In this document: positions 31,301 to 42,940 of the stretch, one piece after another | Layout: every line of letters begins with the position of its first letter | Numbering within the stretch: the stretch's first letter is position 1 | Notes under the pieces: generated by a model | Database searches by the model: none | What the model was told of the DNA's origin: nothing | What the model saw: only the letters and a program-made list of their open reading frames with translations | Translations under genes and position numbers: made by a program | NCBI GenBank assembly: GCA_963789955.1 | Contig: CAWBMV010000022.1 | Location: 224,001 to 288,000 of the forward strand | Source: an uncultured Candidatus Rokubacteria bacterium | GTDB taxonomy: Bacteria > Methylomirabilota > Methylomirabilia > Rokubacteriales > CSP1-6 | Length of the DNA stretch: 64,000 nt | Direction: 5' to 3'

Positions 31301-33994
31301 GCGACCGACGTGACCTGGTCGGCGAAGGTGGCGAGGGTGTCGATCATCGAGTTGATCGTGTCGGCCAGCTCGGCGATCTCGCCCTTGGCCTCGAGCGTGA
31401 GCTTGCGGCGGAGGTCGCCGTTGGCGACGGCGGTGACGACGCGCGCGATGCCGCGCACCTGACCGGTCAGGTTGCTGGCCATCGAGTTGACGTTGTCGGT
31501 GAGGTCCTTCCAGGTGCCGGCCACTTCCTTGACGTCGGCCTGGCCGCCGAGCTTGCCCTCGGTGCCGACCTCGCGCGCGACGCGCGTCACCTCGGCCGCG
31601 AACGAGCGGAGCTGGTCGACCATGCGGTTGACGGTGTCCTTGAGGTCGAGGATCTCGCCGCGGACGTCGACGCTGATCTTGCGCGAGAGGTCGCCGGCGG
31701 CGACGGCCTTGGTGACGTCGGCGATGTTGCGGACCTGGGTCGTCAGGTTACTGGCCATCGAGTTGACGTTGTCGGTGAGGTCCTTCCAGGTGCCGGCCAC
31801 GTCCTTGACGTCGGCCTGGCCGCCGAGCTTGCCCTCGGTGCCGACCTCGCGCGCGACGCGCGTCACCTCGGCCGCGAACGAGCGCAGCTGGTCGACCATG
31901 CGGTTGACGGTGTCCTTGAGGTCGAGGATCTCGCCGCGGACGTCGACGCGTGATCTTGCGCGACAGGTCGCCGGCGGCGACGGCCTTGGTGACGTCGGCG
32001 ATGTTGCGGACCTGGGCCGGTCAGGTTGCCGGCCATCGAGTTGACCGAGTCGGTCAGGTCCTTCCAGGTGCCGGCGACGTCCTTGACGTCGGCCTGGCCG
32101 CCGAGCTTGCCCTCGGTGCCGACCTCGCGCGCGACGCGCGTGACCTCGGCCGCGAACGAGCGGAGCTGGTCGACCATCGTGTTGATCGGTGTCTTGAGCT
32201 CGAGGATCTCGCCGCGGACGTCGACGGTGATCTTTCGGAGAGGTCGCCGTTGGCCACGGCGGTCGTCACCTCGGCGATGTTGCGGACCTGGGCGGTGAGG
32301 TTGCCGGCCATCGAGTTGACGGAGTCGGTGAGGTCCTTCCAGGTGCCGGCGACGCCGCGCACGTCGGCCTGACCGCCGAGCTTGCCCTCGGTGCCGACCT
32401 CGCGCGCGACGCGCGTCACCTCGGCCGCGAACGAGCTGAGCTGGTCGACCATCGTGTTGATCGTGGTCTTGAGCTCGAAGATCTCGCCGCGCACGTTGAC
32501 GGTGATCTTCTTGGACAGGTCGCCGTTCGCGACCGCCTTCGTCACGTCGGCGATGTTGCGGACCTGCGCGGTCAGGTTGCCGGCCATCGAGTTGACGCGA
32601 GTCGGTGAGGTCCTTCCAGGTGCCGGCCACGTCGCGGACGTCGGCCTGGCCGCCGAGCTTGCCCTCGGTGCCGACCTCGCGCGCGACGCGCGTCACCTCG
32701 GCCGCGAACGAGCTGAGCTGGTCGACCATCGTGTTGACCGTGTTCTTGAGCTCGAGGATCTCGCCCTTGACGTCGACGGTGATCTTCCGCGACAGGTCGC
32801 CGTTGGCGACGGCGGTGGTGACCTCGGCGATGTTGCGCACCTGGGCGGTGAGGTTGCCGGCCATCGAGTTGACCGAGTCGGTGAGGTCGCGCCAGGTACC
32901 GGACACGCCTTCGACTCGGGCCTGGCCGCCGAGCTTGCCCTCGGTGCCGACCTCGCGCGCGACGCGCGTGACCTCGGCGGCGAAGGAGCGGAGCTGGTCG
33001 ACCATCGTGTTGATCGTGTTCTTGAGCTCGAGCACCTCGCCGCGCACGTCGACGGTGATCTTCGTGACAGGTCGCCGTTGGCGACCGCGGTGGTGACCTC
33101 GGCGATGTTGCGGACCTGGGCGGTGAGGTTGCCGGCCATCGAGTTGACGGAGTCGGTGAGGTCCTTCCAGGTGCCGGCCACGTCGCGGACGTCGGCCTGG
33201 CCGCCGAGCTTGCCCTCGGTGCCGACCTCGCGCGCGACGCGCGTGACCTCGGCGGCGAAGGAGCGGAGCTGGTCGACCATCGTGTTGATGGTGTTCTTGA
33301 GCTCGAGCACCTCGCCGCGCACGTCGACGGTGATCTTGCGAGAAAGATCGCCGTTGGCGACGGCGGTGGTGACCTCGGCGATGTTGCGGACCTGGGCGGT
33401 GAGGTTGCCGGCCATGGAGTTGACGGAGTCGGTGAGGTCCTTCCAGGTGCCGGCCACGTCGCGGACGTCGGCCTGACCGCCGAGCTTGCCTTCGGTGCCG
33501 ACCTCGCGGGCGACGCGCGTGACCTCGGCGGCGAAGGAGCGGAGCTGCTCGACCATCAGGTTGACGGTCTTCGCGGAGCGGAGGAACTCGCCCTCGAGCG
33601 GGCGATCGTCGACCTCGAGCGCCATGCTCTGCGAGAGATCACCCTTGGCCACGGCGCCGATCACGCGCGCGGCCTCGCTGGTGGGCTGCACGAGGCTCGC
33701 GACCAGCGAGTTCACGTTCGCCACCGAATCGGCCCACGCGCCGGAGACCGGCCCCACCGACGCGCGCTCGGTGATCTTGCCGTGCTGGCCGATGGCGAGG
33801 CGGAGGCGCTCGAGCTCGGAGGCCAGGCGCTGGTTCATCTCGACCACTTCGTTGAAGGTATCGGCGACCTTGCCCGCGACCCCGACCCAGTCATCGGGCA
33901 GCCGCACCGAGAAGTCGCCCTTCCGGACGGCCTTGAGGGCGCTCAGGAAGCCTGGCAGGTCAACCGTGGCCGCGGCCTGTGCGACACGAGCCAT
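28301..33994 (-). CDS. giant poly-HAMP hybrid histidine kinase (HAMP repeats-GAF-HisKA-HATPase-multiple REC); many frameshifts
   Basis: Repeated [26 protein letters not shown] units; [32 protein letters not shown]-terminal [11 protein letters not shown]. Confidence 0.9.
31130..33660 (-). repeat. intragenic tandem repeat, about 276-bp (92-aa) unit, 9 copies
   Basis: [14 protein letters not shown] motif recurs near 31271, 31547, 31823, 32100, 32376, 32653, 32929, 33204 and 33480. Confidence 0.9.
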
Positions 33995-34189
33995 CTCTGG
34001 TGCTCCTTCTCAATCGCGCGCTCAGCGCGCGTACTCACGTCGAGTGGCAGACAGGGTATTACCCCGGCATGAATCCGGTGATCGCCCGGCGCGGCTTGCG
34101 TCGCAAGATGGGTGCCACCGGAATTGAAGAGGTTACACACCGTAAATGCTTGTTTCTGAAAGGGCTGTCCGGCAGCTGACGCGGTTCCC

Positions 34190-34216
34190 TGTAATCTCTA
34201 CCGAGTAGTTCTTACA
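34190..34216. promoter_or_regulatory. imperfect palindrome in a divergent promoter region (possible operator)
   Basis: TGTAATCTCTAC-CGA-GTAGTTCTTACA, 9 of 12 arm positions complementary, in an AT-richer intergenic region. Confidence 0.3.
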
Positions 34217-34338
34217 TTGGCGTCGACCGCAAAACACCGGCTGGGGACCGAGGGAGCGGGAGAACTCCGGGCCAACATCAATTACGATAGGGCCGGGCGG
34301 CCCGCCGCGGACCGCCGATCGACTACTTCAATCCGTAG

Positions 34339-34390
34339 TCGCGCTTCAGCCGGCAGGGCCCGGACCCCGCGACGGCCTGGGGCGCGCACT
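34339..34390 (+). repeat. 52-bp structured dispersed repeat, copy C
   Basis: 42/52 identical to 44964..45015; directly followed by GCAGGAGGAC-ATG. Confidence 0.75.
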
Positions 34391-34400
34391 GCAGGAGGAC

Positions 34401-35527
34401 ATGCCGGTGCCGAAGGGACTGACCGTCGTACTCAACCAGCCTGGTAAGCCGCTCGAGCTCGAGACCCTGCCGACCCCGGAGGTCGAGGCCGGCGGGATTC
34501 TCATCAAGAACACCGCCGCCGCGATCTGCGGATCGGACCTGCACTACTGGCGCAATGACGGGAACTACTCCGGCCCGGACATGCGACGGGTGCCCGGCCA
34601 CGAGTTCACCGGCGTGGTCGCGAGCCTCGGCAAGGGCGTCACCACGGATTCGCTGCGACGACCGCTGAAGGAAGGCGACCGCGTCGCGTTTCCGTTCTTC
34701 AATCCGTGCAATCGCTGCTACTGGTGCGTGCGCGGCGAGCATCACGTCTGCCCGCATCGCCAGCGCCGGAGCATGCAGTTCACGTTGAACGAGTACCCGT
34801 ACTGCGACGGCGGCTACGCCGAGTACTACTTCCTGCCGCCCGGCCACTACGTCTTCAAGGTGCCGGACATCCTGCCGGACGACGCGATTCCGCCGGTGAA
34901 CTGCGCGATGTGTCAGGTGCTGCACGGGCTCGAGTACTGCGAACATGCAGTTCGGCGACGTCGTCGTGATCCAGGGCGCCGGCGGGCTCGGGATCTACGC
35001 CGCGGCCATCGCCGCGGAGAAGGGCGCGTCGAAGGTCATCTCGATCGACAAGCAGCCGCTGCGCCTCGACTTCGCCAAGAAGTGCGGCGCGACCGACGTC
35101 ATCGACATGAACGAGCTCCCGACCCCGGAAGCCCGCGTTCAGCGCGTGAAGGATCTCACCGACGGGCGCGGCGCCGACGTGGTGGTCGAGGTCGTCGGCA
35201 TCGCGGCGGCGACGGTCGAGGGGCTCGACATGGTCCGGCTGCGGCGGCAAGTTCGTCGACATCGGCAACATCGTGCCGCAGCCGGTCAGCTTCCCCGCCA
35301 TCAAGGTGATCGCGCAGCAGGTCAAGTGGACGGGGCTCATGCACTACAACCCGTGGATCATGCCGGCCGCGCTCGAGTTCCTGGTGCGCACGCGGGACAA
35401 GTACCCGCTCTCGAAGGTCGTGTCGCACAGCTTCCCGCTCGCGGACGTCAACAAGGCGTTCGCGTTCGCGGAGTGGCAGGGCAAGAACGCGGGCACGGCC
35501 GCGACACGGGTGATCCTCAAGCCGTAG
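34401..35527 (+). CDS. zinc-dependent alcohol dehydrogenase family protein; frameshifts near 34940 and 35240
   Basis: ICGSDLH, PGHEFTG, CNRCYWC..HVC, IQGAGGLG, GRGADVVVE. Confidence 0.88.
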
Positions 35528-36632
35528 CGGCAGCGTCTCCGATCAGCCAGTCGAGGATCTTCGGATTCTCGTCCCGCGGGTAGGTGTGGGACAGGTCCTC
35601 GATCTCGCGGTAGACGAGCCGCGCGCCGGCGGCCTGCAAGGCGTCGCGCCCGAGGTGCGCCACCGAGACCGGGAACATCCAGTCGAGCGCGCCGTGGACC
35701 ATGTAGATCGGCCGGCCCGCGGCGCGCTCGAGCCCACTGGCCGTGAAGAGAAACGGATGCAGGACGCCGCACGCCGGCGCCAGGTGCGTGAACGGCGTGG
35801 CGCCGTCGCGAAGGCCGCACAGCAAGCTGTAGGTCGCGCCATCGGACATGCCGGTCAGTAGCACGCGCGAGCGGTCGACGGGGTAGCGCGCCGCGACCGA
35901 CTCCACCATCTCGCGCAGTCCCTCCGCGTCGACGTCGTCGAGACCCATGATCGACCAGGTGCGGTCGCGCGAGGTCGGCGCCATCAGGAGTACGCCGCGC
36001 GACCGTGCGTCGGCGAGCCAGCTCCACAGAAAGTCCCGGCCGTGACCGTGACCGCCGTGCAGCGCCACGACGAGCGGCATCGGGGTGTGGCCGTCCGACT
36101 GCTCCGGCACGTAGACCGAGAAGCCGCCCCGCGCGTCGCGCTCGTTCGAGGCGTGCAGCACGCCCACCCGCGCCTCGTCGTCGCGGAGCGCGCCTTCACG
36201 CAAGCGCGCGACGAGCTCGTCGTCGTCCCGTCGCGCCGGCTCGAGAAACCATCGGCTCACCGGCTCGAACGCGGGCGCCAGCGGGTAGAGCGTCTCCTGG
36301 ATGCGGGCGAAGCGCCGCAGCGCGCGATAGAGGTCGATCGGGTTCTCGGGCGACTTCGCGGCGCCGACGAACGCCGTGACCAGATCGATCGTCTGTCGCG
36401 CGACGTCGACGAGGCGATCGCGCATGAACCGGAGATCGTCCGGCCAGTCGAGCTTCTCGAGGACGCTCAGTGGCCCGGCCACGGCATCGGCGCCCGGCGC
36501 CAGCTGCTCGGCGAGGTGGGGCGCCATCGGAGGAAAGAGATGCCGCTGGACCCAGCCGACTCGCTCGAGAGTCTCCAGAAGCGGCTCGAGAAGATGGTCG
36601 ATCGCGTCGATCACGTCCTGGGAGGGCGGCAT
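35517..36632 (-). CDS. phospholipase/carboxylesterase (alpha/beta hydrolase) with N-terminal helical extension
   Basis: VVALHGGHG, GMSDGA nucleophile elbow, VHGALDW, LSHTYP. Confidence 0.85.
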   Translation of the reverse strand: MPPSQDVIDAIDHLLEPLLETLERVGWVQRHLFPPMAPHLAEQLAPGADAVAGPLSVLEKLDWPDDLRFMRDRLVDVARQTIDLVTAFVGAAKSPENPIDLYRALRRFARIQETLYPLAPAFEPVSRWFLEPARRDDDELVARLREGALRDDEARVGVLHASNERDARGGFSVYVPEQSDGHTPMPLVVALHGGHGHGRDFLWSWLADARSRGVLLMAPTSRDRTWSIMGLDDVDAEGLREMVESVAARYPVDRSRVLLTGMSDGATYSLLCGLRDGATPFTHLAPACGVLHPFLFTASGLERAAGRPIYMVHGALDWMFPVSVAHLGRDALQAAGARLVYREIEDLSHTYPRDENPKILDWLIGDAAATA

Positions 36633-36783
36633 GGCGAGAAGCATCTCACAGCGGTCGTCGGAACGGTGACGCCCCGGCGCGGTTGCCGCCGTTCTGGCAC
36701 CGGCTCGAGAGCCCGATAGGCTATGTACGCCGCGACTTTGGCGCGTGCTCGACCTGGCACCTCCGGTGCTTCATCCAGGACGC

Positions 36784-39103
36784 ATGGCTCGCCTCTTCCG
36801 GATATTGGCCGTGGCCGCCGTCCTCTGGATCGCATCGGCGGCGGGCTCGGCCGCGGCACCACTCAGGACCTTCTACGTCGACCCGGCCGGCAACGACTCG
36901 GCCGCGGGCTCGATCACGAGCCCCTGGCGGACCTTGCAGAAGGCGGCCAACACGGTGCGCGCCGGCGACCTGGTGATCGTGCGCGCCGGCCACTACGCGG
37001 GCCTCTACCTGACGACGAGCGGGACCGCGACGGATCCCATCACCTTCCGGGGCGATCCGGGCGCGATCGTCGACACGCAGAATCCGACGACACCCGACGG
37101 CATCAATCTCGAGGGCGCCAGCTGGGTCGTGATCGAGAACTTCACGGTCACGGGCGTCCCGCGCGCCGGCATCCGCGCCGTCCTGAACAACCACGTCACG
37201 ATCCGCGGTAACACCGGCGACCTCAACGGACGCTGGGGCATTCTCACCGGCTTCAGCGACGACCTGCTGATCGAGAACAACACGATGTCCCGCTCGCAGG
37301 CCGAGCACGGCATCTACGTCGGCAACAGCGGCGACCGGCCCGTGATTCGCCACAACGTCGTGTGGGGGAACAACGCGAACGGCATCCACATGAACGGCGA
37401 TCTGAGCCAGGGCGGCGACGGCATCATCTCGGGCGCCGTCGTCGAGGGCAACGTCATCCACGACAACGGGGTCGCCGGCGGCTCCGGCATCAACTGCGAC
37501 GGCGTGCAGAGCTCGATCATCCGCAACAATCTCCTGTACAACAATCACGCCAGCGGCATCTCGCTCTATCAGATCGACGGCGGTCAGCCCGCGCGGAACA
37601 ACCAGGTCCTCAACAACACGATCGTGATGGCGTCCGACGCGCGCTGGGCGATCAACATCCAGAACGCGAGCACCGGGAACGTCGTGCGCAACAACATCCT
37701 CTTCAACCAGCAGTCGTTCCGCGGCAGCATCGCGATCTCCGCCGACAGCCTGCCCGGCTTCGTCAGCGACACCAACGTGATCATGGACCGCTTCTCGGCC
37801 GACGGCGGCGACACGCGGGTGACCCTGGCGGCGTGGCGCAGCGCGACCGGCCAGGACATGCACTCGATCATCGCCACGCCCGCGGCGCTCTTCGTCAACT
37901 TCGCCGGCAACGACTACCACCTGAGCTCCACCTCGCCGGCGCGCGACGCGGGCGGAACGATCGCCAACGTGACGGACGACCTGGAAAGTGCGCCGCGGCC
38001 CCAGGGCTCGGCGTTCGACATCGGCGCCTACGAGTTTCCCGCGACGACCGGCGCCCGTCACGCTCAGCGTGACCCGGACGGGCAACGGCACGGTCAGCAG
38101 CGCGCCGGCCGGCATCAGCTGTGGAGCTACTTGCTCGGCCATGTTCACCGCCGGGACCAGCGTGACGCTCACGGCAACACCGGCCGCGGGCTCGGCGTTC
38201 TCCGGCTGGTCGGGTGGAGGATGCTCGGGGACCGGGGCGTGCACCTTGACGATGGCGACCGCGACGACGGTGAGCGCGGCGTTCGCGCCGGCACCGGTGG
38301 CGGTCACGGTCGTACGCGCCGGGCTCGGAAACGGCAGCGTCACGAGCGCGCCCGCCGGCATCACGTGCGGCACGACGTGCTCGGCGAGCTTCCCGTCGGG
38401 CAGCTCGGTCGTCCTCACCGCGACGCCGGCCGGCGGCTCAGTCTTCGGCGGCTGGTCGGGCGGCGGCTGCTCGGGGACCGGAACCTGCACCGTCACGCCG
38501 ACGAGCGCGACGACCGTCACCGCGACGTTTGCCTCGTCTGCGACCGTCGGGCTCACCGTGACCGTCTCGGGCGGCGGGACCGGAACCGTGACGAGCGCGC
38601 CGGCCGGGATCACCTGTAGCCTCGTCTGCACCGCGACGTTCGCCGCGGGTACGTCGGTGACCTTGACCGCGACGCCGGGCGCCGGCTCGGTCTTCGCCGG
38701 CTGGAGCGGCGCCTGCAGCGGCTCGGCGTCCTGCACGGTCGTCCTCGACCAGGCGCGCGCGGTGACCGCTCGGTTCAGCCGCGTGTTCACCGACCCGACC
38801 TTGACGCCGCTCACGAGCATCGTCCGCGCCGTGCACTTCACGGAGCTTCGCGGCGCGATCGACACCCTGCGCGCACGTCAGGGGCTCACGGCCTTCGGCT
38901 GGAGCGATCCGAGCCTCGCCGCCGGGGCGACGACGATCAAGCAGGTCCACCTCGCCGAGCTGCGCTCCGCGGTCTCGGCGGTCTACGCGGCGCGCGGTCT
39001 CTCGGCCCCGGCGTGGACCGACGCGACGATCACGCCCGCGGCGACCGTCGTTCGCGTGGTTCACATCACCGAGCTTCGCGCCGCCGTCCTCGCCCTCCAG
39101 TAA
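36784..39103 (+). CDS. secreted parallel beta-helix protein with three InlB-B-like repeats and C-terminal repeats; frameshift near 38045
   Basis: Signal peptide, YVDPAGND..SPWRTLQKA, Asn-rich beta-helix, DIGAYE, 3x GTVTSAPAGITC..TLTATP..FxGWSG. Confidence 0.85.
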
Positions 39104-39115
39104 GCGCTGAGCGCC

Positions 39116-40583
39116 TCAGCGATCGGCGGTCTTGCGCCCGGCGGCCAGGATCTCGTCGACCAGCGCGTAGGCACGGCTTCGGTCGACGTTGCGAAGGTGG
39201 TGGTTGATGCGGTTGCGCGCCGCCGACGTCAGGTAGAAGCGCTCGTAGAGCACGTTGCGGCCCGCCAGGCTCGAGCCGACGAAATCCCACGCGAGCCGGA
39301 ACAGCGCGGCGCGCTCTTCGGCGCCGGTGCCCGCGGGCCCCGTGCATGAACTCGTCGAGCAGCGGACGAAGCCCCTCGTGGTCGAGCTGGCGCCGGCTCG
39401 GCGTCGCCAGGAGATTGTGGCTGCCGATGAGCATCAGGATCTCGTTCACCCGGGGAAACCACGTCGCGAGGAGCGAGCGCATCGGATGCAGCGCCCGGCC
39501 TTCGGGAAACCAGACGCCGTTGCCGATATCGTATCCGTGCTCGGCTGACAGCATCACCGCGTTCCGCGAGACTTCGACGTAGTCCAGCAGCTCGCCCAGC
39601 ATCTCGTGGGTCGCGGGAGTCGCGTCCCCGAGCGTGTCGGCCATCCGGCACGCGAGCCCGTAGGCGAACTCGAGCTTCGTCAGCGCGCGAATCGTGGTCT
39701 GGTTCGTCATGTTGTCGCGCAGCCCGGTCGTGCCCACCGTGTTGTACACGTCGAGGTGGCCGTCGCAGAAGAGCCGGTCGCGCGGGATCTCGACGTCGTC
39801 GAAGATCACGAACGCGTCCTGCTCGTCGAACCGCGTCGAGAGCGGCCGGTCGAAGACATCCGCGGCCGGGGTGGCGGCGCTGTCGCGGCACAGGAAGATC
39901 AGGCCCGGCGTGTCGACCCTGATCGAGAACGCCAGCGCGTAGGCTTCGGCGCCCGCCGGCAGCGGATGCGCCGGGTAGACGGCGATCTCGTCGGCGAACG
40001 GCGCCAGGGTCGCCAGGATCCGGGCGCCGCGCACGACGATGCCGGCGGCCGTGTCGCCGGTCTTGTGCACGGGCACGCGGTTGCCGGCGAACTGGCCGTC
40101 GGTCGACTTGTCGATGGTCGGATGGATGATCGTGTGGGTGAGCGAGACGTCTTCGCGCGCGATCCGCTTCTGGAAGCGCACGATGTTGTGCGCGCCTTCC
40201 TCGTTTCGGCCCTCGGCGCCCCGCCAGTCGTGCGCCCGCGACGCGAAGCTGGCGAACTTGACGTTCATGTAGTCCGGCGTGCGGCCCATGAGCCCGACGG
40301 TGGCTTCCGCGATCCGCGCGAGGCCGCGGTTGCGGCGCTTCAGATCGGCGACCGAGCGCGGGATCATGTGCCCCACGTTGACCGGCTCGCCGGTCTCGGG
40401 ATCGGGGGTCAAGCAATCGTCGGGAAAGGCGTGCTGGCGATCGAACACGCCGGCGATCGTCTGCGCGGCGCCCGCGAGCGCCGGATGCGTGGTGACGTCG
40501 TCGACGCGCTCGCCTTCGACCCACAGCTGGCGCGCGGTGCGCCGAAGACACTCGAGGAATTGTTTTCCGGTTCGCGCCGGCAT
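39116..40583 (-). CDS. 4-hydroxyphenylacetate 3-hydroxylase (HpaB-like) flavin monooxygenase; frameshift near 39335
   Basis: MPARTGKQFL..WVEGERVDDVTTHP, GLMGRTPDY, RFDEQDAFVIFDDVEIP, LYERFY. Confidence 0.88.
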
Positions 40584-40679
40584 CTTGCGCGCGAGGATCG
40601 GGTGAAAGGCAGGGGCTGTCAAGGTCCCCCTGGGTGCCCGATGTTTGCTACTCTTGGGGCCCACGGAGGAGACGGCGCA

Positions 40680-41853
40680 ATGAGACTGAGCCTCGCGTAC
40701 GAGATGCAGCGGCCGGTGGTCGACGATCACGCGGTCATCAAGGAGACGCTCGAGCAGTGCGTGCTCGCCGATCGCATGGGCTTCGACACGGTCTGGTTCG
40801 TCGAGCATCACTTCCTCACGAGCTTCTCGATGTCGCCGTGCCCGGAAGTCATCTTCGGCGCGCTGAGCCAGCTCACCAAGCGCATCCGCCTGGGGTTCGG
40901 CGTCGTGATCCTGCCGTATCACCATCCGGCGCGGGTCGCCGAGCGCGTGGCGATGGTCGATCACATGTCCGGCGGGCGCGTCGAGTTCGGCACCGGACGC
41001 TCGGCGCCGTACGAGCAGATGGGGATGGGGATCGATCCGCGCAACACGCGCGCGATGTGGGAAGAATCGCTCCGTATGATTCCGCGGATCTGGGAGGACG
41101 GCATGTTCTCCGCGGAGGGGCAGTTCTGGAAGGTGCCGCCGCGCGACGTGCGGCCGAAGCCCTATCAGAAGCCGCACCCGCCGATCTGGGTCGCCGCGCT
41201 GCAGCCGGCCACGTACGAGCTCGCCGCCGAGCTGGGCATCGGCGTGATGGCGCTGAGCGTCGCGGCGCCCTCGTATCTGGCGCCCCACATCAAGCAGTAC
41301 AAGGAGCGCGTGCGACACGCCAAGCCGGTCGGGAAATTCGTGAACGATCAGTGGCTGAGCTCGACGATGGCGCTCTGCGACTCGGACGGCAAGAGCGCGC
41401 GCGAGCTGGCGGCGAAATCGCTGAGGACGTTCTTCGGACCTGATCGTCCGTACCTCAAGGACCAGACCCATCTCTACGAGCAGCTCGTCGCCTCGTGGGG
41501 CGGCGTGCCCGAGCACCTGAAGGCCAATTTCTCGCGCTACCTGAAGGGCGAAGGGCGCCGCGGGCGCGCCCGAAGTGGATCTCTCGGGCGGATCCGGCCA
41601 GATCGCGTCGGCCCTGTGGAATCAGATCGACGCCGACACCCTGGTCGAGCGCGGCGTGCTCGTGGCCGGCGACCCGGAGAGCTGCCTGCGCGGGATCGCG
41701 ATCCACGAGGAGGCCGGGGTCGACGAGCTGCAGTTCCTGATGGCGACCGAGACCGTGCCGCACGACCGGGTGATGACGTCGATCGAGATGTTCGGCAAGC
41801 ACGTGATCCCCGAGCTGAAGAAGAAGTCGGCGGCCGCTCCGGCTCGCGCCTGA
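40680..41853 (+). CDS. LLM-class flavin-dependent oxidoreductase; frameshift near 41555
   Basis: GFDTVWFVEHHF, SGGRVEFGTGR, PKPYQKPHPPIW; tail IEMFGKHVIPEL. Confidence 0.88.
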
Positions 41854-41869
41854 CGAGCTCGAGCGCGAG

Positions 41870-42940
41870 ATGATCAGGGCCCGGGCCGAAGTCGAAGCCC
41901 TCACGCCATACGTGGCGCCGCTCGAGGGCCGGCGGCCGATGCTGCGCCTCGACTTCAACGAGAGCACGATCGGGCCGAGCCCGCGCGTGCTCGAGGCGAT
42001 TCGCAGCCTGCCGCCCGATGCCTACGGCGCCTACCCGGAGTACGCGGGGCTCAACGCCGCCTATGCGGAGACCGTCGGCGTGCCGGAGCAGTACGTCGAG
42101 GCGTTCAACGGCGTCGACGCGGCGATCCGCGCGATCTTCGACGCCTACGGCGAGAAGGGCAGCACGTTCCTGACGACGGCGCCGACGTTCGGGTACTACG
42201 AGCCGTGCGCGCAGCAGCAGGGGATGGTGATCGACGAGGTCCTCTACCCGGAGGATCTGCGATTCCCGCTGGCGGCGATCACGCGAAAGCTCGAATCGCG
42301 CCCGCGTTTGCTGTTCGTCTGTAACCCGAACAATCCGACGGGAACCCTGGTCGAGCCGGCCACGCTCGTGGCGCTCGCGCGCTCGGCGCCGCAGACGTTG
42401 GTGGTCGTCGACGAGCTGTACGTCGCGTTCACCGGCCAGTCGGTCGTGCCGCTGGCGCGCGAGCTTGCCAATGTTGTCGCGCTCCAGTCGCTCTCGAAGG
42501 CGGCCGGCCTCGCGGCCCTGCGGCTGGGATTCGCGGTCGGCCACCCGACCATCGTCGAGCGCCTGCGCCGGGTGACCGGGCCGTACGACATCAACATGTT
42601 TGCGGTCGTCGCAGGCAAGGCCGCGATGGCGGACCCTGACCATACGCGACGCTACGTCGCCGAGGTGCTCGCCGCGCGCGAGTGGACCATCGGAGAGCTA
42701 CGCCGGCTCGGTGTGCGCTACGCGGGCGAGGGCGGCAACTATCTCCTGGTGTGGCCGCCCGGTGATTGCGAGGCAGCCGTGCGTGCACTCCGCGATCAGG
42801 GGATTCTGGTGCGGAGCATGGCGAAGAAGCCGGTCATCGACGGGAGCTTTCGGCTGACGATCGGCACGCTCGCCGACATGCGGCGGTTCGTGAGCGCGTT
42901 CTCGCCGCTCGCCGCGTCCTACTCGCGATCGGCCCGGTAG
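41870..42940 (+). CDS. hisC: histidinol-phosphate aminotransferase family protein
   Basis: RLDFNE, CNPNNPTG, VVDELY, QSLSKAAGLAALRLG, RLTIGT. Confidence 0.75.
   Translation: MIRARAEVEALTPYVAPLEGRRPMLRLDFNESTIGPSPRVLEAIRSLPPDAYGAYPEYAGLNAAYAETVGVPEQYVEAFNGVDAAIRAIFDAYGEKGSTFLTTAPTFGYYEPCAQQQGMVIDEVLYPEDLRFPLAAITRKLESRPRLLFVCNPNNPTGTLVEPATLVALARSAPQTLVVVDELYVAFTGQSVVPLARELANVVALQSLSKAAGLAALRLGFAVGHPTIVERLRRVTGPYDINMFAVVAGKAAMADPDHTRRYVAEVLAAREWTIGELRRLGVRYAGEGGNYLLVWPPGDCEAAVRALRDQGILVRSMAKKPVIDGSFRLTIGTLADMRRFVSAFSPLAASYSRSAR

Noticed and set aside
31130..33660. Long regular repeat array as CRISPR or satellite DNA
   Set aside because: 276-bp coding units with synonymous variation and no repeat-spacer structure; these are HAMP repeats
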